Notes under the pieces: model-generated
The model's database searches: none
What the model was told of the DNA's origin: nothing
Seen by the model: only the letters and a program-made list of their open reading frames with translations
Position numbers and translations under genes: made by a program
Shown here: positions 59,779 to 64,000 of the stretch, one piece after another
How the letters are laid out: the number at the start of each line of letters is the position of its first letter
Position numbering within the stretch: position 1 is the stretch's first letter
Source of the DNA: Pseudomonadota bacterium
GTDB lineage: Bacteria > Bdellovibrionota > Bacteriovoracia > Bacteriovoracales > Bacteriovoracaceae
NCBI GenBank assembly: GCA_027488375.1
Contig: JAIYBW010000010.1
Location: 113 to 64,112 of the forward strand
Length of the DNA: 64,000 bases
Direction of reading: 5' to 3'

Positions 59779-62079
59779 TTAATTCAAATCCGTAAACTTC
59801 TCATCTTTAATCGTGAAGCTTCTTTTTATTCCTCTCTCTATGAGTTTAATCTTTTTCTCGCTTAATTGGTTCTGGTCTAGTGGTAAATTTTTATGCCGTG
59901 GATACTCGGTTTTGATTCGAAAACTTTCAATCATATAAATACCATCCTCAGGATTCTTTTTAAAAGGAACGATAAAGCGTAGATACTTTGTACCTCCTTC
60001 ATCAAGAACAAAACCTGAATTGACTCCATCCTCATTTACAACATCAAGAATTGACTTACCTGTCGGACTCCTGATGGTTGTCATGATATAATACTTGCCT
60101 GCATTAGCATTTGTGAGGGGTATGGAGATTTCAATATTCTGAGTACCTCCCTCTTTATTTTCTTTTGCTACTGCTTTTAATTTCATTTGATTAACTTCGA
60201 GATCAATCAGATCAAAATAATCCTTACCCGTGTTAATACTAGATTCAAGATGAGGTGTATTTACTGGAATGGTTATATTCTCTTGATCCTCAGCAGTCTT
60301 TTCAGTTGCCTTACGGTTAATAGTAAGAGAAGCAAGCTTTACGATTGAGCTTGGATATTGTTTGTGAAAATAATTGTGAATCACGACCTGGTCACCAATT
60401 CTCTCCGTGGCAAGGCATGGAAAACTTCGAGAAAGAGTACATACGTGTACAGTTTTTCCTTCTAATGTGGGAAATTCCCAGTTCAGATGAACTGATTTAA
60501 AGTTTTCTTCATATGGAATCGGTAGAGTAACTTTCAGCCCGGGATATCCATCGATAGGAGGTAGTGGATCAATTCTTATTTTTGCAACATCAATATCTTG
60601 CTTGCTAGGATCTTCAAGAGACATAAAACCATCAATAAATACTTCAGGTATCCCTGTCGACTCATAATACTGAGTATTACCCGCCATATCAGATAGGGGA
60701 AGTGTACCTAAGCGGTAATTTCCTGGTGCAAGTTTCTTTGGGTCTGAAATGATACTTGCAATGAGTCCAAAGGATCCATCAGGTCTTTTCTGTGGAGTAG
60801 TTTGAATAAAGATTTTGTAATTTTTATTTTGTGTATGAGTGAGAGTAATGAGAGCTGGGGCAATCCCTGACAGATCATCTTGCGCTTTATTAACTTCAAA
60901 GTAGATGTCTGATATTTTTGATTGATCATTCCTAGCTTTTACATCTAATCGATAACTTGAGATAAAGTCTTTTTCAAGCCACGGAGGTTTTGTATCTGGC
61001 GTTGGAGAATCAATTTTTATTTTTGCATTTTCTGCTACGGTCGTGAAGTAGCTGACATCTGTGAAGGCATGCTTTTCCAGGAATTCATTTTTCTTGGGAG
61101 CAGAGGATCTTAGTCTCTCGGGATGATGAATATATCCCGAGAAATGTTCTGCAAAATCTTCCTCGGGAGACTTCATTGAATATTCAGAAATAAATCCAGA
61201 ACTTCCTGACGCTAATTTTTCCCATCTCCCATTATTCTTTGACCAAGAGATAGAAGAAAATTTATCCTGGAATTGCTCTGATTGTCCGTACCAAAAAGCA
61301 TGACCCATCTCGTGCAATATAGTACCTTCACCATAAACATCTTTCTCTTGATCCATTAAAGCGGCATCGCTAAAGATTATTTTTTCTTCATTAACGAAGT
61401 ATATGGCAGAGGCATCAGGCTCAGGAAGAGGGGCCCCATAGCGCCAGCGGGTTAGTTTTTTTATTTTCATCTTTTTAAAAATTTCTTGAGGAATGTCCAT
61501 CAATTGCTTTATCAGAGTGACGAGCTCCTCCGTTCTAAATTCTTGCTCATCATCATAATTTTTTTCTCCTGGTGAACTTCTCAATTCCCAGCCTGTCCTT
61601 TTTTTAAGCGTGGTCGCCAAGGATTCCTTAGTCGCTACATTCCGGAGAAACTGTTCTATTACTGTGTTTGTATAACTGATGGTAAATGTTTTATCTCCCC
61701 GTGAACCTGGAGCACAAACTTCCTGTTCAATTTTTTCAAGTTCAATTCCTAAAAGAAGATCAGGAGCATTTTTTGAAAAATAGATGTGATGAGAAGTACT
61801 TAGCTTGAGGGACCATACTTTCTTGGGACCCACATAATCCGTGAAATGAATTATAAAGGGGCCAGGTATGTTAAAGTCTTCAATGAGTCTAATGATCGTT
61901 TGAAGGAGTGCGGGATGTGGAGTCCTTCCTTCAATTTTTAAAATTGCCTTAGAGAACTCATTTTTAGATAACGCCTGAGTGTCACAAAACTCTTTCCTTG
62001 TCATTTCAAGGGCGAAGGCTGAGGAAAGGTTAATGAGAAGTGACCATATTAAAATAAACATCATGATCATATTCGACAT
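59779..62079 (-). CDS. Secreted zinc metallopeptidase-like protein with C-terminal beta-sandwich domains
   Basis: Signal peptide; ILHEMGH followed by SEYSMKSPEEDFAE third-ligand motif. Confidence 0.75.
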   Translation of the reverse strand: MSNMIMMFILIWSLLINLSSAFALEMTRKEFCDTQALSKNEFSKAILKIEGRTPHPALLQTIIRLIEDFNIPGPFIIHFTDYVGPKKVWSLKLSTSHHIYFSKNAPDLLLGIELEKIEQEVCAPGSRGDKTFTISYTNTVIEQFLRNVATKESLATTLKKRTGWELRSSPGEKNYDDEQEFRTEELVTLIKQLMDIPQEIFKKMKIKKLTRWRYGAPLPEPDASAIYFVNEEKIIFSDAALMDQEKDVYGEGTILHEMGHAFWYGQSEQFQDKFSSISWSKNNGRWEKLASGSSGFISEYSMKSPEEDFAEHFSGYIHHPERLRSSAPKKNEFLEKHAFTDVSYFTTVAENAKIKIDSPTPDTKPPWLEKDFISSYRLDVKARNDQSKISDIYFEVNKAQDDLSGIAPALITLTHTQNKNYKIFIQTTPQKRPDGSFGLIASIISDPKKLAPGNYRLGTLPLSDMAGNTQYYESTGIPEVFIDGFMSLEDPSKQDIDVAKIRIDPLPPIDGYPGLKVTLPIPYEENFKSVHLNWEFPTLEGKTVHVCTLSRSFPCLATERIGDQVVIHNYFHKQYPSSIVKLASLTINRKATEKTAEDQENITIPVNTPHLESSINTGKDYFDLIDLEVNQMKLKAVAKENKEGGTQNIEISIPLTNANAGKYYIMTTIRSPTGKSILDVVNEDGVNSGFVLDEGGTKYLRFIVPFKKNPEDGIYMIESFRIKTEYPRHKNLPLDQNQLSEKKIKLIERGIKRSFTIKDEKFTDLN

Positions 62080-62128
62080 TATTGGTTATAATTTTTAATT
62101 GATGAGGTATTTTAACTTTTAGACTTTT

Positions 62129-62323
62129 TGTGGGGAAATTGAGAAAGATCCCAACATGGTATAGTTTATCTATCGTGATGAGGTCTATAACGCCGATAAG
62201 GCCAGTAAAGCAGACGCTGAAATCATTATTGCCAAAAAATGCGTCGGGGAAATAGGAACTGCGAAACTCACCTGGAAAGGTGAGTTTACGAAGTTCGATG
62301 CGAGATCAGAGGTTGTTTTTAAA
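62129..62323 (+). pseudogene. 3' remnant of a dnaB homolog
   Basis: CGEIEKDPNMV*FIYRDEVYNADKASKADAEIIIAKKCVGEIGTAKLTWKGEFTKF..., colinear with 58874-59068 (195 bp each); TAG at 62162-62164. Confidence 0.93.
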
Positions 62324-64000
62324 TTAAGGTTTTGGAGTCGCTGGTAATTCTTCATCTGTATCTTTTTTGCGCTTTAAAATCTTATCTAAACTTCTCATAT
62401 ATGTTTTTGAAAGGACTTTAAAGAGTGAGTCTTCTTCTTTGGTTTTGTACTCGCCTTTGGTTCTTTCATAGTTCGCAGATATGCGATCTTTTTCCTCATC
62501 ACTCATTCCGGTTGAATCATTATTATTAGGATTGGTGCTACTTCCATATCCAGTTCCGACTCCGGTAGCAGCGCCAGTGCCAGTTGATGGTTCAAATGAA
62601 CTAACGGGTTTTATTGAATCTAAATTTGTTTTAGGTTGATCAGTAAATCCACCTTCACCAATGGCCGTTTTTGATTTTAAATCATTTAATGGAGAGGATT
62701 GAAGAGAACCTAAATTGCTATTGCCACTGCCAATACTCGAGAATAGATTAGATTTTCTAAGATCACTTCTTTGTTTTTCATCAATTTTATCTACTTCTAT
62801 TCCCTTACTACGAGCAGCCGCATTTGCATCTTGAAGGGCCTTTGTTCGGGCCGCCAGTGCTGAAGATTCCCCTGAGTCTAGTGAACCTGATCCATTACTC
62901 TGGGTACCATCAATATTTGTCTCTGAAACTTTAAAGCCGGATTTCAATGAGTTTAAAGAAAACTTCATTGGAGGAAGTGTTGAAGATTTCAATTTTGGTT
63001 TGGTGATATTCTTGTCCTTAGTGACCGAAGTGTCACCACTAGTGGTTTGTTCAAAGTAGTTCGCACTACCTTCTGTGATACCAGCCCCACTTCCGCTATA
63101 AGCAGTATTAATTTGGTTAAGAACTTTATCAATACACTGGTTTTGTTTTACACGAAGCTCAATGGTTGCTTCATAATAGTTTTGAAGATTCGTAGTATCT
63201 GTAATGATACGATCAATTAAACGACGTCGTGGTGAACCCTCGACTTTATAATATGATTTAAACTTGCTATATCTGTGCATCGAGTACATGAGCGATTGAG
63301 CTTTAGCTACTTGCTGAAGATCTGTAATATATTGCTTGAATGGCTGACATTTTGGATCCTCCAGCTTTGTGGAGCAGCCTCGCAATTCGAAACTGGATGC
63401 AAGCTCGGGCTCTAAAATAAAGTCATTTTCTGGAGTAGAACCAGTTTTCAATGATTTTACAAATTTTAACATATCATTGCCGCCATGACCTGGTTGTAGA
63501 GGATCTAGAATCCAGTGCCATTTTGATAATTTACTGTGTGCCTCTGAGTCTATCGAACTGATGTATTCTTTGAATTCCTCACTAGTTGAGTTATACTTAT
63601 GCTGATAACGATTGATCCATCTTTTCTTTATTTTTTTGGGTGTTATAACTCCTACCCATAGGTCTACCCAATATCGACAAGTTCGAGAATTTTTCCAGTC
63701 ACGACTTGTTCCTCCAATCATCCAACCTTTATCATTTTCTCCCCAAGTTTTTATGTCATTCTCGTAATTTTTAAAAACATCATAAAAGTTTTTACTCCAA
63801 ACTTTCATTTTTGTTTCATAAGCTTTAAAGAGTTCATTTCTGCGGTACATGTAACATAAAAAATCTTTACCAGAAGCTTTTCGATTAGCGACATCATGTT
63901 GCGTAGTAACCCCTTCACAAAGGGTTTCAATAGGTGTTTGATCATTGGATTTTGCAGCGACAACGGCTGCAAAATTTTCTTCGATCATTTTGATATCTTT
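62324..64000 (-). CDS. Large secreted-type hypothetical protein, 3' part (open to right edge)
   Basis: Frame is open from 64000 (KDIKMIEEN...); Cys-containing core, then Ser/Gly-rich tail and SLFKVLSKTY end. Confidence 0.75.
   Translation of the reverse strand, partial: KDIKMIEENFAAVVAAKSNDQTPIETLCEGVTTQHDVANRKASGKDFLCYMYRRNELFKAYETKMKVWSKNFYDVFKNYENDIKTWGENDKGWMIGGTSRDWKNSRTCRYWVDLWVGVITPKKIKKRWINRYQHKYNSTSEEFKEYISSIDSEAHSKLSKWHWILDPLQPGHGGNDMLKFVKSLKTGSTPENDFILEPELASSFELRGCSTKLEDPKCQPFKQYITDLQQVAKAQSLMYSMHRYSKFKSYYKVEGSPRRRLIDRIITDTTNLQNYYEATIELRVKQNQCIDKVLNQINTAYSGSGAGITEGSANYFEQTTSGDTSVTKDKNITKPKLKSSTLPPMKFSLNSLKSGFKVSETNIDGTQSNGSGSLDSGESSALAARTKALQDANAAARSKGIEVDKIDEKQRSDLRKSNLFSSIGSGNSNLGSLQSSPLNDLKSKTAIGEGGFTDQPKTNLDSIKPVSSFEPSTGTGAATGVGTGYGSSTNPNNNDSTGMSDEEKDRISANYERTKGEYKTKEEDSLFKVLSKTYMRSLDKILKRKKDTDEELPATPKP

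Noticed and set aside
1794-60929. Numerous 60-135 aa ORFs overlapping long genes (e.g. 17103-17495, 45699-46103, 41018-41311)
   Set aside because: Alternative-frame or antisense shadows of well-supported genes, with no RBS or motif.

Overview
AT-rich bacterial DNA that I infer comes from a predatory Bdellovibrionota of the Bacteriovoracaceae type. The basis is Cys-paired Ig-repeat surface proteins, many small secreted hypotheticals, FliA-like promoters and deltaproteobacterial-type pilins. No rRNA, tRNA, CRISPR or transposase is visible. The right third is a plasmid- or chromid-type backbone: a Xer-family tyrosine recombinase coupled to an RHH protein, a ParA plus RHH partition pair behind a centromere-like repeat field, an 18-copy iteron array, a Rep initiator and DnaB. 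A 10-gene menaquinone operon (polyprenyl synthase, DAHP synthase, menG, menB, menF, menD, menH, menA, menC, menE) lies between par and rep. The left two thirds carry envelope, predation-type and housekeeping-like cargo. Several structures are missed by the ORF track. (1) Two 28-bp direct repeats with a variable centre flank a self-contained 678-bp cassette (soluble pilin-like gene) just downstream of the recombinase. (2) Three times, an intact gene is followed by 1-2 cargo genes and then a synonymously diverged 3' remnant of the same gene (a secreted protein, the recombinase, dnaB). (3) A 55-nt hairpin with compensatory base changes occurs twice, 25 kb apart. All alignments and counts were done by hand; family names come from motif recognition, not database searches.
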